From a virus, in IMG/VR virus record IMGVR_UViG_3300045988_161200: 64,000 nucleotides of DNA; one strand, given 5' to 3'. Every line of letters starts with the position of its first letter. Positions within the stretch are counted from its first letter, which is position 1. The notes beneath the pieces are model-generated. The model saw only the letters and a program-made list of their open reading frames with translations, did no database searches and was not told the origin of the DNA. This document shows, piece by piece, positions 35,804 through 43,246 of the stretch. The translations under genes and the position numbers were made by a program.

Positions 35804-35835
35804 ACCACCTGAATTACCAGCGTTTCCTCTTGCAG

Positions 35836-35961
35836 TTACCTTGTAAGGGGGGGGTCAGTAAATATCATATCTACCATTTTGTTTTTGCCTATCATACAAT
35901 CTAAAACATCTAATGCGTTTTCATTAAATATGATGCTATTATCGAATTTGTTATAATTCAA
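35836..35961 (-). CDS. N-terminal fragment of the same methyltransferase, in another frame
   Basis: AGGAAG RBS plus TTG 35961. NYNKFDNSIIFNENALDVLDCMIGKNKMVDMIFTDPP, then out of frame. Together with 35207..35803 it would make a complete DPPY enzyme. Confidence 0.6.
   Translation of the reverse strand: MNYNKFDNSIIFNENALDVLDCMIGKNKMVDMIFTDPPLTR
35847..35854. repeat. G8/C8 homopolymer tract inside the DPPY codons
   Basis: Plus strand reads TAAGGGGGGGGTCAG. Six residues would give GAC CCC CCT TAC (DPPY). Nine would give DPPPY in frame. Eight is out of frame. Confidence 0.9.
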
Positions 35962-36009
35962 ATTTTAACACTTCCTTTCAATTTACAATAAAACGAGTCA
36001 TTTATATTA

Positions 36010-36624
36010 TTACTTTATTACATCTCTTATATCTTGACCATCAATTTCATTACCGATGCTATCCCATCCTTTACAAGTAGTTCTTGCAAATAATTCTACC
36101 CTCGGAACATCACCGCAAAGCTCAACTATTTTGTCTCGAATATGTTCAGGCTTTTTGCTATGAGACATTACCCTGTCTTCTACTAACTGTGTCATAAATA
36201 TATTCCATTCATCATCTGTCATTTCTTCACGGACGATCTGATGAACACTCCTTGATAATCTATGAGGTTTACCCTTTGTGCCAAGTAAACATATTTCAGA
36301 ATTAGCTCTCGTCCAATAACCACATCCCCAAAAATCAGTATCAGATTTTTTGTTTTTCTTTACCCAATTAAAAGCACAAGTTTTATATGTAAAGCCCCAA
36401 CGTTCTATTGTTTCTATACCTTCTTTAAGAAGCGGAAATGTGACCCAAAGGAACAAAATGCAATCATCTGCTGTAATATTTTGTACAGGTAAGTTGTAAA
36501 TATCATTTATCTTCATTGTAGGATAATGATTTTCAGCCGATTTCTTTTCTTTACCCTTTTCAGAGTAAGTTTTAAAAAGCCACGGAGGGTCGGCATAAAC
36601 TATATTATATTTTCTTGTTATCAT
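36010..36624 (-). CDS. MT-A70 family N6-adenine DNA methyltransferase
   Basis: IVYADPPWLFKTY (DPPW motif), with length and layout typical of phage MT-A70 enzymes. Confidence 0.85.
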   Translation of the reverse strand: MITRKYNIVYADPPWLFKTYSEKGKEKKSAENHYPTMKINDIYNLPVQNITADDCILFLWVTFPLLKEGIETIERWGFTYKTCAFNWVKKNKKSDTDFWGCGYWTRANSEICLLGTKGKPHRLSRSVHQIVREEMTDDEWNIFMTQLVEDRVMSHSKKPEHIRDKIVELCGDVPRVELFARTTCKGWDSIGNEIDGQDIRDVIK

Positions 36625-36714
36625 TTTTACTTCCTTTCATCAAATACTGTTTTCATTGTATAATTTTGACTACATATAGTAATATTTTGAGTATAAAGTA
36701 CCATATATAGTATC

Positions 36715-36891
36715 TTAAATTTCGTTAACCACTTCAAATTGAACTGAGCCATCAACATAATCATCTGCTTCAAGAACAATATCACTATCGTAATACTTAT
36801 CCTTTACCTTTTGAATTGCCTCCTCTGAAGTTTCAGCTTCAATTTCAAGTCTACTTGTAAGTAACTCTGATACCTGTATTATATATTTCAT
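36715..36891 (-). CDS. Small DpnD/PcfM-like protein (not in the ORF track)
   Basis: 58 aa with an AAGGA RBS. MKYIIQVSELLTSRLEIEAETSEEAIQKVKDKYYDSDIVLEADDYVDGSVQFEVVNEI matches the DpnD/PcfM-like pattern as I recall it. Confidence 0.5.
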   Translation of the reverse strand: MKYIIQVSELLTSRLEIEAETSEEAIQKVKDKYYDSDIVLEADDYVDGSVQFEVVNEI

Positions 36892-36906
36892 TTTTATCCT
36901 TTTATA

Positions 36907-37560
36907 TTATGTATTTATCCACCCGATAACAGGTGCGTTATTATAATTGCCTACTTCCCAGACAAACCAAGCGTAGCACTTTGCAGATGACATTCTTTTT
37001 TCTGTTCCATCTTTATTGTAAAGAGTATTACCGTCTTTATCTTTTGCACTGAAATCACCGTTCATTCCACAAAGTAGTCTGTTAGCAGCTACCCACACTC
37101 TTACAGGTGGTCTTGTCTTAAAAAGTCTTATTCTTTTATCACTTTCAAGGAATTGTATCGGAAGAAATAGTGCAAGTTTCTTACCGCTTTCAAGCAAGTC
37201 AAGCGAATGTTCCGTCCACTCTAATGCTGTTGAATAGGGTGGATTAGTAACTATATTGTCAGCAAGAGATTTATTGCATTTGAAGAAATCAACATCACCT
37301 TCTCCATAACCTCTATCAACTAAGTCCGTGCTTACAACATCATAGCCAGCTTTAATCATAGACTCTGACAAATGACCCTCACCACAACAATTTTCCCAGA
37401 TAGAGCCATTAAATTTTTCTACTTTCATCAGTTCTTCAATGGCTTTAGGCTCAGTAGCATAATAATCGTGTTCAGCTCTATCGTGGTTGGTGTGATTACT
37501 TGCACCGAGCGTAACGAATGTTGTTTTCTTATTGCCTGTCCAATCTTTATTATCACTCAA
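36907..37560 (-). CDS. N6-adenine DNA methyltransferase (NPPY type)
   Basis: AdoMet motif WENCCGEGHL and catalytic IVTNPPYS. Confidence 0.8.
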   Translation of the reverse strand: MSDNKDWTGNKKTTFVTLGASNHTNHDRAEHDYYATEPKAIEELMKVEKFNGSIWENCCGEGHLSESMIKAGYDVVSTDLVDRGYGEGDVDFFKCNKSLADNIVTNPPYSTALEWTEHSLDLLESGKKLALFLPIQFLESDKRIRLFKTRPPVRVWVAANRLLCGMNGDFSAKDKDGNTLYNKDGTEKRMSSAKCYAWFVWEVGNYNNAPVIGWINT

Positions 37561-37579
37561 ATTTTAACATCTCCTTACT

Positions 37580-38443
37580 TTAATAGTTTGTTATCAGCAC
37601 TTCTATATCTTTGGTTTCTCGGTCTTTCTTGTGATAATTACAATTTAGATAGTCTCCAGATAAATAGTGAATATTATATTTATCTTTCCAAGCATCTAAA
37701 AATTCATTATTATATTTTAAGTTATTTGATAAAGCCCACCTTGCTCCCTGTTCGTCCAATCTATCCAGTAATTCGTAAAGTTTCTTTTCGTGTTCAGCAG
37801 TCCAACCCTCGAAGCCACGTTTCCCATCATTGTAATTACCAACAGAATTAAAATAAGGTGGGTCAAAATATATCAGATCGTTCTCGTTAAAGTCTGAAAA
37901 ATCAAAATTGAAAGCGTTTTTAGACGATACTATTATAGGGTCTTTATTCTCAAATCTCTGTTTTAAAGCAAGTAAGTCCTGTCTTTGCCTGTCAGAAAAA
38001 TAACTGCGATTTTTACCGAAACTACTATTATATTCGTGCTTGTTATTAAAACGGAACTGATGATTAAATGAATGGCACATCAAAGTATATAGTGTAATCC
38101 AATCTTTTCTGCCATTATTATAACTATCATGAAGTCTTTCAAAGCCTTCCTTATTTATCATACTCAAATCGTATTCTGAAATAATGTTTTCAATCTGCTT
38201 GATTATTTCATTATAAGACGTTGAGAACAATCCCGACACAATACTTGAAACATAAGGATTTATGTCGTTATATATGTAATAGTCTGCTTCTGTATTCATT
38301 AAAACCGTTCCTGAACCGCCGAAAGCATCTACAAACATTGAAATCTTTTTAGGAAACAAAGGTATAAGCTGCTTGATTAGACGATATTTATTACCTACAT
38401 AATTTATAGGTGATTTTATGTATTCCTGATTTATTTTTAACAT
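37580..38443 (-). CDS. dam: Dam-family (D12 class) DNA adenine methyltransferase
   Basis: PINYVGNKYRLIKQL, FVDAFGGSGTV, LIYFDPPYFNS. Confidence 0.9.
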   Translation of the reverse strand: MLKINQEYIKSPINYVGNKYRLIKQLIPLFPKKISMFVDAFGGSGTVLMNTEADYYIYNDINPYVSSIVSGLFSTSYNEIIKQIENIISEYDLSMINKEGFERLHDSYNNGRKDWITLYTLMCHSFNHQFRFNNKHEYNSSFGKNRSYFSDRQRQDLLALKQRFENKDPIIVSSKNAFNFDFSDFNENDLIYFDPPYFNSVGNYNDGKRGFEGWTAEHEKKLYELLDRLDEQGARWALSNNLKYNNEFLDAWKDKYNIHYLSGDYLNCNYHKKDRETKDIEVLITNY

Positions 38444-38480
38444 CTCCTTCTGCCAATAAAATTTTTGTTTTATAAAGTTT

Positions 38481-38843
38481 TTAATTATTTAATATTTTTG
38501 CCACTTCAACAAGAATATCAAAAATAGCTTGAGGTAGATATGCAATAAAACGATACTCTAAATCGTTAATATCTTTCGAGTAATCTAAAATAATACCATT
38601 TATATCCCCATTATTATTAAAGACACACTTAAAATAATCTGAATAATTATATATAGTGTTAATTACTTGAACTTTTGAATTTAGAAAAATGACATCTATT
38701 CCTTGACTATTAGCCATATGTTGTGCGCAAATACCACATCTGCCTAAATTATTTAAAGACACATAGGATTTACCTCTTTTGATTTGTTCTGCTAATATTG
38801 TAGCAATAATATATTCTGTTCCTACAAAATTGGTCATTTTCAA
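38481..38843 (-). CDS. Hypothetical protein
   Basis: 120-aa ORF (probable start ATG 38837). It has GRCGICAQH, but no confident family assignment. Confidence 0.5.
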   Translation of the reverse strand: MKMTNFVGTEYIIATILAEQIKRGKSYVSLNNLGRCGICAQHMANSQGIDVIFLNSKVQVINTIYNYSDYFKCVFNNNGDINGIILDYSKDINDLEYRFIAYLPQAIFDILVEVAKILNN

Positions 38844-38932
38844 TTAACCTCGTTAATATTATCATTTTTTGTACTTTTAGCTAAAAGTATCTTAGCAAGA
38901 GTTTTTACATTAGAAACAGACATATCATTCAT
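38840..38932 (-). CDS. Possible 30-aa micro-ORF
   Basis: TAATG coupling to the upstream stop, and its own stop overlaps the next start region. MNDMSVSNVKTLAKILLAKSTKNDNINEVN. Confidence 0.3.
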   Translation of the reverse strand: MNDMSVSNVKTLAKILLAKSTKNDNINEVN

Positions 38933-39177
38933 TATTGCTCCTGCAAAATAAAGATTAAATAAAAAATATAGTCTATTTCGTCATTGGACACCTGAAATTT
39001 CTCATATTTCATAACCAAATCATTGAACTTATGTATTGCTTCATCAATATGGTTGAGACGAATTATCTTACTGACAAATTCTTTGCAAGGCTCTTCACCT
39101 TCTAAATCTCCGCCATAATGTTCAATTTTATAGCACACATCTTTATGTATGCAATTATTACAAATCATTCTTATCAC
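38932..39177 (-). CDS. Hypothetical protein
   Basis: 81-aa ORF with N-terminal CNNCIHKDVC. Confidence 0.5.
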   Translation of the reverse strand: MIRMICNNCIHKDVCYKIEHYGGDLEGEEPCKEFVSKIIRLNHIDEAIHKFNDLVMKYEKFQVSNDEIDYIFYLIFILQEQ

Positions 39178-39178
39178 C

Positions 39179-39622
39179 TCACTTCACGCAGACCAGTATT
39201 TCAACATCGGTATCGGCAAATACTTCTTCGATGATTGTCTTCACTTTATCCCATTGCAGGCGGTCTAATCCACAACCGATTCTTGGCATTGCGAATTTTA
39301 CATTTTCATCACTCGTTATTCCCTCACAACGCAAAATTTTAGCATCTTCAAGAGCCATTCTCATCGTTTTATAGGTAGGCTTTTGCCAATACTTTTCTTT
39401 TGTAACGAGACTAAGCTCAACGTCCCAACCTGTTGCGTGAGATACTAAGCAATCCCCTACTTCTACATTTTGATATTTTCTTTGAAGTTGTGCTTTTACT
39501 CCTCGTCTTGCAAACTCCTTAGCTATTCCTGCACCCATTGCAAGATCTGCGCTGATGCAGTGAACAAGAATGTAATCCGTTGGAACTGTAAATAAGTCTC
39601 GCTGTTCTTCTCTGATTATCAT
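39179..39622 (-). CDS. Macro domain protein (TARG1/OARD1-like ADP-ribose hydrolase family)
   Basis: DLFTVPTDYILVHCISADLAMGAGIAKEF ... LVTKEKYWQKPTY ... MPRIGCGLDRLQWDKV. Confidence 0.8.
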   Translation of the reverse strand: MIIREEQRDLFTVPTDYILVHCISADLAMGAGIAKEFARRGVKAQLQRKYQNVEVGDCLVSHATGWDVELSLVTKEKYWQKPTYKTMRMALEDAKILRCEGITSDENVKFAMPRIGCGLDRLQWDKVKTIIEEVFADTDVEILVCVK

Positions 39623-39687
39623 TTATGTGTTATCTCCTTTCCAGTTTCCGTTAGGACACTTTAATTTAAATTTTAATTGTATTTTAA

Positions 39688-39716
39688 TATACATTTTCCA
39701 ATATCTGTGTTATAAT
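39688..39716 (+). promoter_or_regulatory. Candidate promoter for the plus-strand membrane gene
   Basis: TATACA-17 nt spacer (ending in TGT)-TATAAT, an extended -10 about 32 nt upstream of ATG 39748. Confidence 0.45.
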
Positions 39717-39747
39717 TAAATCATTGACAAATGAAAGGAAGATTGTA

Positions 39748-40335
39748 ATGTCAACCGAAGCAGAAAAAGATATTAAAAAAATTAAAAGCAAACTAAAATC
39801 TTACATACCTAAAAATAAGAGCGATATGTTTCGATTAAGCTTATCTCTCTTTATAGTAGGAATGTTTTTTGGGATAATAGAAATATTGACAAAAGTAGAT
39901 TCATTTGCTATAACCATTATTACGTCTATTTGTATGATATCTGCGATATTTTGTTTTCCATACGCTGACAAAACCAAAATTATGGACGGAATAGCAAATT
40001 TTTTATCTTATATGGGTTATACCTTTATTACTGCGCTCGCAACAATTTATTGGCTTGCTGATTTATCAAACGAAGAAATCACTATTTGGCTTTCCATCGT
40101 GACATCTATACTATTAGTTATCTTCTTCTACATAACGTTTTCTCCTTTATTTAAAGTAATTTCTATGATTGTCAATACAATTAAAACAAATGCTGCCAAA
40201 AATCACAATGGTAGCATTATCACTATGTTTAAGTGTTTTTTCACTGGTGCTGGTATAGTGACAGCCTTTTTAATTGCTTTACTTACTATCGCCAAAACTG
40301 CTCTTGAAATTTTTGAAATGATTCCAAAATCTTAA
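39748..40335 (+). CDS. Multi-pass membrane protein, lone plus-strand gene in the minus arm
   Basis: AAAGGAAG RBS before ATG 39748. Lys-rich N-terminus followed by about five hydrophobic helices. Confidence 0.65.
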   Translation: MSTEAEKDIKKIKSKLKSYIPKNKSDMFRLSLSLFIVGMFFGIIEILTKVDSFAITIITSICMISAIFCFPYADKTKIMDGIANFLSYMGYTFITALATIYWLADLSNEEITIWLSIVTSILLVIFFYITFSPLFKVISMIVNTIKTNAAKNHNGSIITMFKCFFTGAGIVTAFLIALLTIAKTALEIFEMIPKS

Positions 40336-40475
40336 TATAATTTTCAACTTTACAATAAAACTGTGATTTAGTTATTCTTTTTATCAAGGCAATCTTTAAG
40401 TTCATTCATCGCTTCTTTGCCATAGGAAATGTTACGATCAAATGACTCTTCTGGAAATACACCTATCTTTTTGTA

Positions 40476-40817
40476 TTAAACAATTTTTCGCAACTGCTCT
40501 GGTAAGCTCAACAAAGCGTCATTAGCTTCTCTGTTCAACTCTTTTGAGTGCTTCAATAAGCGATCAGCTTCACAGCGTTTATTTCTTATGTTGCGAATTA
40601 TATCGGCAAAGATGAGTATATTTGCATCACGATAGGGTTTTATGGCGGTGCGATAATCACGTTGTTCTGGGCATCCACAACAAATGCTGGAATCAAAACA
40701 ATGCGAACACGGACTGATTGGAATTGTTTGCTTTAACAACTTCAAATCGTCATCGGAAAATGTGTATATGGTTTGTTCTTTCACGTTAATCACCCTTTTC
40801 ATTCCACACATAATCAA
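40476..40817 (-). CDS. Hypothetical Cys-rich protein
   Basis: 113-aa ORF with CSHCFDSSICCGCPE. Confidence 0.55.
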   Translation of the reverse strand: MIMCGMKRVINVKEQTIYTFSDDDLKLLKQTIPISPCSHCFDSSICCGCPEQRDYRTAIKPYRDANILIFADIIRNIRNKRCEADRLLKHSKELNREANDALLSLPEQLRKIV

Positions 40818-40839
40818 TAAACTTATTAAAATTCATTGA

Positions 40840-41274
40840 TTATAATTTATTGTTCTGTTTTTCTAATATTTCAAGTGCTTCTTTCTCAGTAATTAACCCT
40901 AAAGATATTGCTCCTAAAACAGGTTCACCTTTAAATGTATTATCATATAAATACTTCCAATGATACCCATTGGCAGACTTTAATCTGCCTTTCGCACAAG
41001 AGCAAATATCAGCGTAGTTGATTTTTAATTCTATCGAAGCTAATTTTGCATAGCTCCATATTTTAATTAAGTTGTCATATTTATCAAGTTGAAGAGTTAT
41101 TAAAGCTCTTGGATTTTTCTCTCCTGACTGAATATCTTTATGTGCTTCACTTTGCATTTTTCTTTGTTCTTCTGACCAATGAGTGCCATAGCGTGGATGG
41201 TTTTCCCCTGATATGGTTTTACTTAATTTTTCTCTACTTTCTTTTGACCAGATTCTATTTTTTATTTCTTTCAA
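40840..41274 (-). CDS. C-terminal half of an HNH homing endonuclease (NUMOD3-type repeats plus DNA-binding module)
   Basis: IWSKESREKLSKTISGENHPRYGTHWSEEQRKM... The listed start is a TTG inside the overlap with 41255..41713. Confidence 0.6.
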   Translation of the reverse strand: MKEIKNRIWSKESREKLSKTISGENHPRYGTHWSEEQRKMQSEAHKDIQSGEKNPRALITLQLDKYDNLIKIWSYAKLASIELKINYADICSCAKGRLKSANGYHWKYLYDNTFKGEPVLGAISLGLITEKEALEILEKQNNKL

Positions 41275-41713
41275 CCATTGCCAAATGTCCTTCTTCAGTA
41301 ACGTGCTTACGTTTTCCTTTTATAGCATCGCTTATTTTTCTACGATGTTCGTCTGTGAAAGGTTTTCCTGTGAGTAATTTGCTATACGCCTTTTTAGCTT
41401 CTTCGTATTCTTCTGGTGCAAGCACATCTGTTTGGCTTGTACGATTTTCAATCATATTCGACATACACCACCAAGCATAAACCAATCCGTCTACATTAGG
41501 ATTTTCTATAGCTAAAAGTTTATGAGCTATAAAATGTTCTCGTGCAAACAAATCAATTAAATTGTTTTCATCATTTGTACCACCCAAACATCTTGGTATT
41601 ATATGGTGTCTTTCGTGATATTCATCGCCACAATTAAATCTTCCACGAGTATCAATTATATTTTGTATAAATTTGTTGTATGTAATTTGTTCAAAGTTAT
41701 TTATTATTAGCAC
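41255..41713 (-). CDS. N-terminal half of an HNH homing endonuclease
   Basis: HNH core YHERHHIIPRCLGGTNDENNLIDLFAREHFIAH, then NUMOD3-like PFTDEHRRKISDAIKGK. Ends at the A6 run (41258-41263). Confidence 0.7.
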   Translation of the reverse strand: MLIINNFEQITYNKFIQNIIDTRGRFNCGDEYHERHHIIPRCLGGTNDENNLIDLFAREHFIAHKLLAIENPNVDGLVYAWWCMSNMIENRTSQTDVLAPEEYEEAKKAYSKLLTGKPFTDEHRRKISDAIKGKRKHVTEEGHLAMVERNKK

Positions 41714-41725
41714 TACCTTTCATTT

Positions 41726-41944
41726 TTAAGACCAACAATTATCAATAAATTTATCCCAAGCAAACATCACCTGATTATATACGTCAATCTTGGCTTCGCT
41801 TTTATAAACCTGATCGTCAATATGATATTTTGCAAAACCCAGCCAATCAAAATTCATCTCATTGGTAACTTCAAGCTTTTCACCTTCGGGATTTCTGCTT
41901 TCCGCACCATGGATAGAGAAATACCCGATTATCTTCAGTAAGTT
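41726..41944 (-). CDS. Open frame without a start codon; likely C-terminal part of the 41880..42140 gene
   Basis: 72 codons open in the +1 frame: ...ESRNPEGEKLEVTNEMNFDWLGFAKYHIDDQVYKSEAKIDVYNQVMFAWDKFIDNCWS. It overlaps the 3' end of the upstream ORF. Confidence 0.4.
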   Translation of the reverse strand, partial: NLLKIIGYFSIHGAESRNPEGEKLEVTNEMNFDWLGFAKYHIDDQVYKSEAKIDVYNQVMFAWDKFIDNCWS

Positions 41945-42140
41945 TCACAACAAGTCCCCATTCAGTTTTGCCACCATAATAGTAAAACAATTCTTTTCTT
42001 ACTGCCTCGGCAAACTCAGCTTTATCCTTTATTGTTCTGATATGTTTACCAAAATATTTAGCAAAACTGCCATGCTTGAAAATATTGAACGCTTCAATCT
42101 CATGCTTATTGATATTGTAATGATACACAAACCATTCCAT
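41880..42140 (-). CDS. Hypothetical phage protein (N-terminal part)
   Basis: MEWFVYHYNINKHEIEAFNIFKHGSF...YYYGGKTEWGLVV...YPWCG, then an early stop. Confidence 0.55.
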   Translation of the reverse strand: MEWFVYHYNINKHEIEAFNIFKHGSFAKYFGKHIRTIKDKAEFAEAVRKELFYYYGGKTEWGLVVKLTEDNRVFLYPWCGKQKSRR

Positions 42141-42361
42141 TAAGCTTCACCATCCTTGAGTATAACGGGATTCATCTGAGTTACGTTTCTGCCGTATTTT
42201 ATTGGCGCATATTCTATGATTTTGCCATAGTGCCCGGCATATCTGTCGGCATTATTCCCTGAATGATAAACTTTTAGGTGTCCATTGTAGCCGATTATCT
42301 TCTTACGTTCAGGATCAAACACGAAAAACATATGGTCGCCTGCATGGTATCCTCTGCTCAT
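42140..42361 (-). CDS. Hypothetical protein
   Basis: 73-aa ORF adjoining the next gene. Confidence 0.5.
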   Translation of the reverse strand: MSRGYHAGDHMFFVFDPERKKIIGYNGHLKVYHSGNNADRYAGHYGKIIEYAPIKYGRNVTQMNPVILKDGEA

Positions 42362-42390
42362 TGAAATTCCTCTCTTTCGCCGATATTTAC

Positions 42391-42645
42391 TTATTCGTCT
42401 TCGTATTCATCATCGTCGTCATAATTATCATCGAAATCATCATCACCGAAGAATACGTTGTAAATCCTACCGTCCATCTCAAAAGATGTTTCAGAATCGC
42501 TGAGACAAGACCAGTCAAGCTTCTGACCACAATATGGACAGTATTCAAAATCACGGTCTGAGATGTCGCAATCACATCTTCCGCAAGTTATTGATTCAGG
42601 ATCAAATGGTGCCCTCTTACTCCAAGGCGTGTCTTTATCAAACAT
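42391..42645 (-). CDS. Zinc-ribbon protein with poly-acidic tail
   Basis: CGRCDCD...CPYCGQKL, then GDDDFDDNYDDDDEYEDE. Preferred over the overlapping frame 42387..42575. Confidence 0.55.
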   Translation of the reverse strand: MFDKDTPWSKRAPFDPESITCGRCDCDISDRDFEYCPYCGQKLDWSCLSDSETSFEMDGRIYNVFFGDDDFDDNYDDDDEYEDE

Positions 42646-42679
42646 TTTTATTCCTCCTGTTCCTGCTTATTATCTTCAC

Positions 42680-43231
42680 TCATGATATGTTTTCTTTCAT
42701 TTTTATCAAAGCAATAAGAAACCAAAATACAGATAAGCCTATGGAAGTGTAGAATAGCCTCATAGACCACTGAATAAGTACAACTTTGTTGTCGTTTGTG
42801 CGTTTTACCTCAGATTGCACTTTTTCAATTAGTGCAACGTATTGTAAATCCTTCGCCGCATCCGATTTTATGGTTTCATAGTGCCTCTGTATAAAATCGC
42901 TCGTCTCTTTTATGCTAACAAAGTCGTTACGCTTTTCTCTTTTTTGCGCCATAGTTGCCAGAATTAGACTTGCCAAAAGTAGTGCAGTAATTGTAGAAAA
43001 AGCTAAGAGCAAGAAGCCGTATGTAAGAGGATATTTGTATTCTACTGCGATAGCAGCTACCATAAATAAAGCAGCAGATGTAAACGAAAACGCTGTCTGC
43101 ATTTGCGTACTCTGTTGGATAAGTGAATCCTCTCTGCGAAGTTCAGCTTCATAAATTGTCTGCGCAATTTGACGAATATGATTGCTTAATTCCTTCTGCT
43201 CGTCAGCATTCGGAAAGTTCTCCTCACCCAT
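42680..43231 (-). CDS. Three-TM membrane protein
   Basis: Soluble N-helix, two adjacent TM helices, a ~70-aa helical segment, then a C-terminal TM. This topology resembles membrane effectors of signalling defence systems (resemblance only). Confidence 0.55.
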   Translation of the reverse strand: MGEENFPNADEQKELSNHIRQIAQTIYEAELRREDSLIQQSTQMQTAFSFTSAALFMVAAIAVEYKYPLTYGFLLLAFSTITALLLASLILATMAQKREKRNDFVSIKETSDFIQRHYETIKSDAAKDLQYVALIEKVQSEVKRTNDNKVVLIQWSMRLFYTSIGLSVFWFLIALIKMKENIS

Positions 43232-43246
43232 ATATATTCCTCCTGT

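Noticed and set aside
37372-37851. Plus-strand 159-aa ORF across the boundary of two methyltransferase genes.
   Set aside because: It is antisense to two genes with unambiguous catalytic motifs, and the product is low complexity.
39724-39729. TTGACA hexamer upstream of the membrane gene, considered as a -35 box.
   Set aside because: It lies only 19 nt from the start codon and overlaps the RBS region. The TATACA/TGTTATAAT pair further upstream fits better.
40371-40478. An in-frame 34-codon extension after the TAA stop of gene 40476..40817 (YKKIGVFPEESFDRNISYGKEAMNELKDCLDKKNN), considered as stop-codon read-through or code reassignment.
   Set aside because: It is a single case. TAA, TAG and TGA all terminate long, motif-verified genes throughout the window, so recoding is not supported. 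It could be chance or an old nonsense mutation. The evidence is too weak for a finding.
42387-42575. 62-aa ORF overlapping 42391..42645 on the same strand in another frame, and plus ORF 42361..42561.
   Set aside because: Their products are hydrophobic low-complexity strings. The alternative frame encodes a clear zinc ribbon plus acidic tail.
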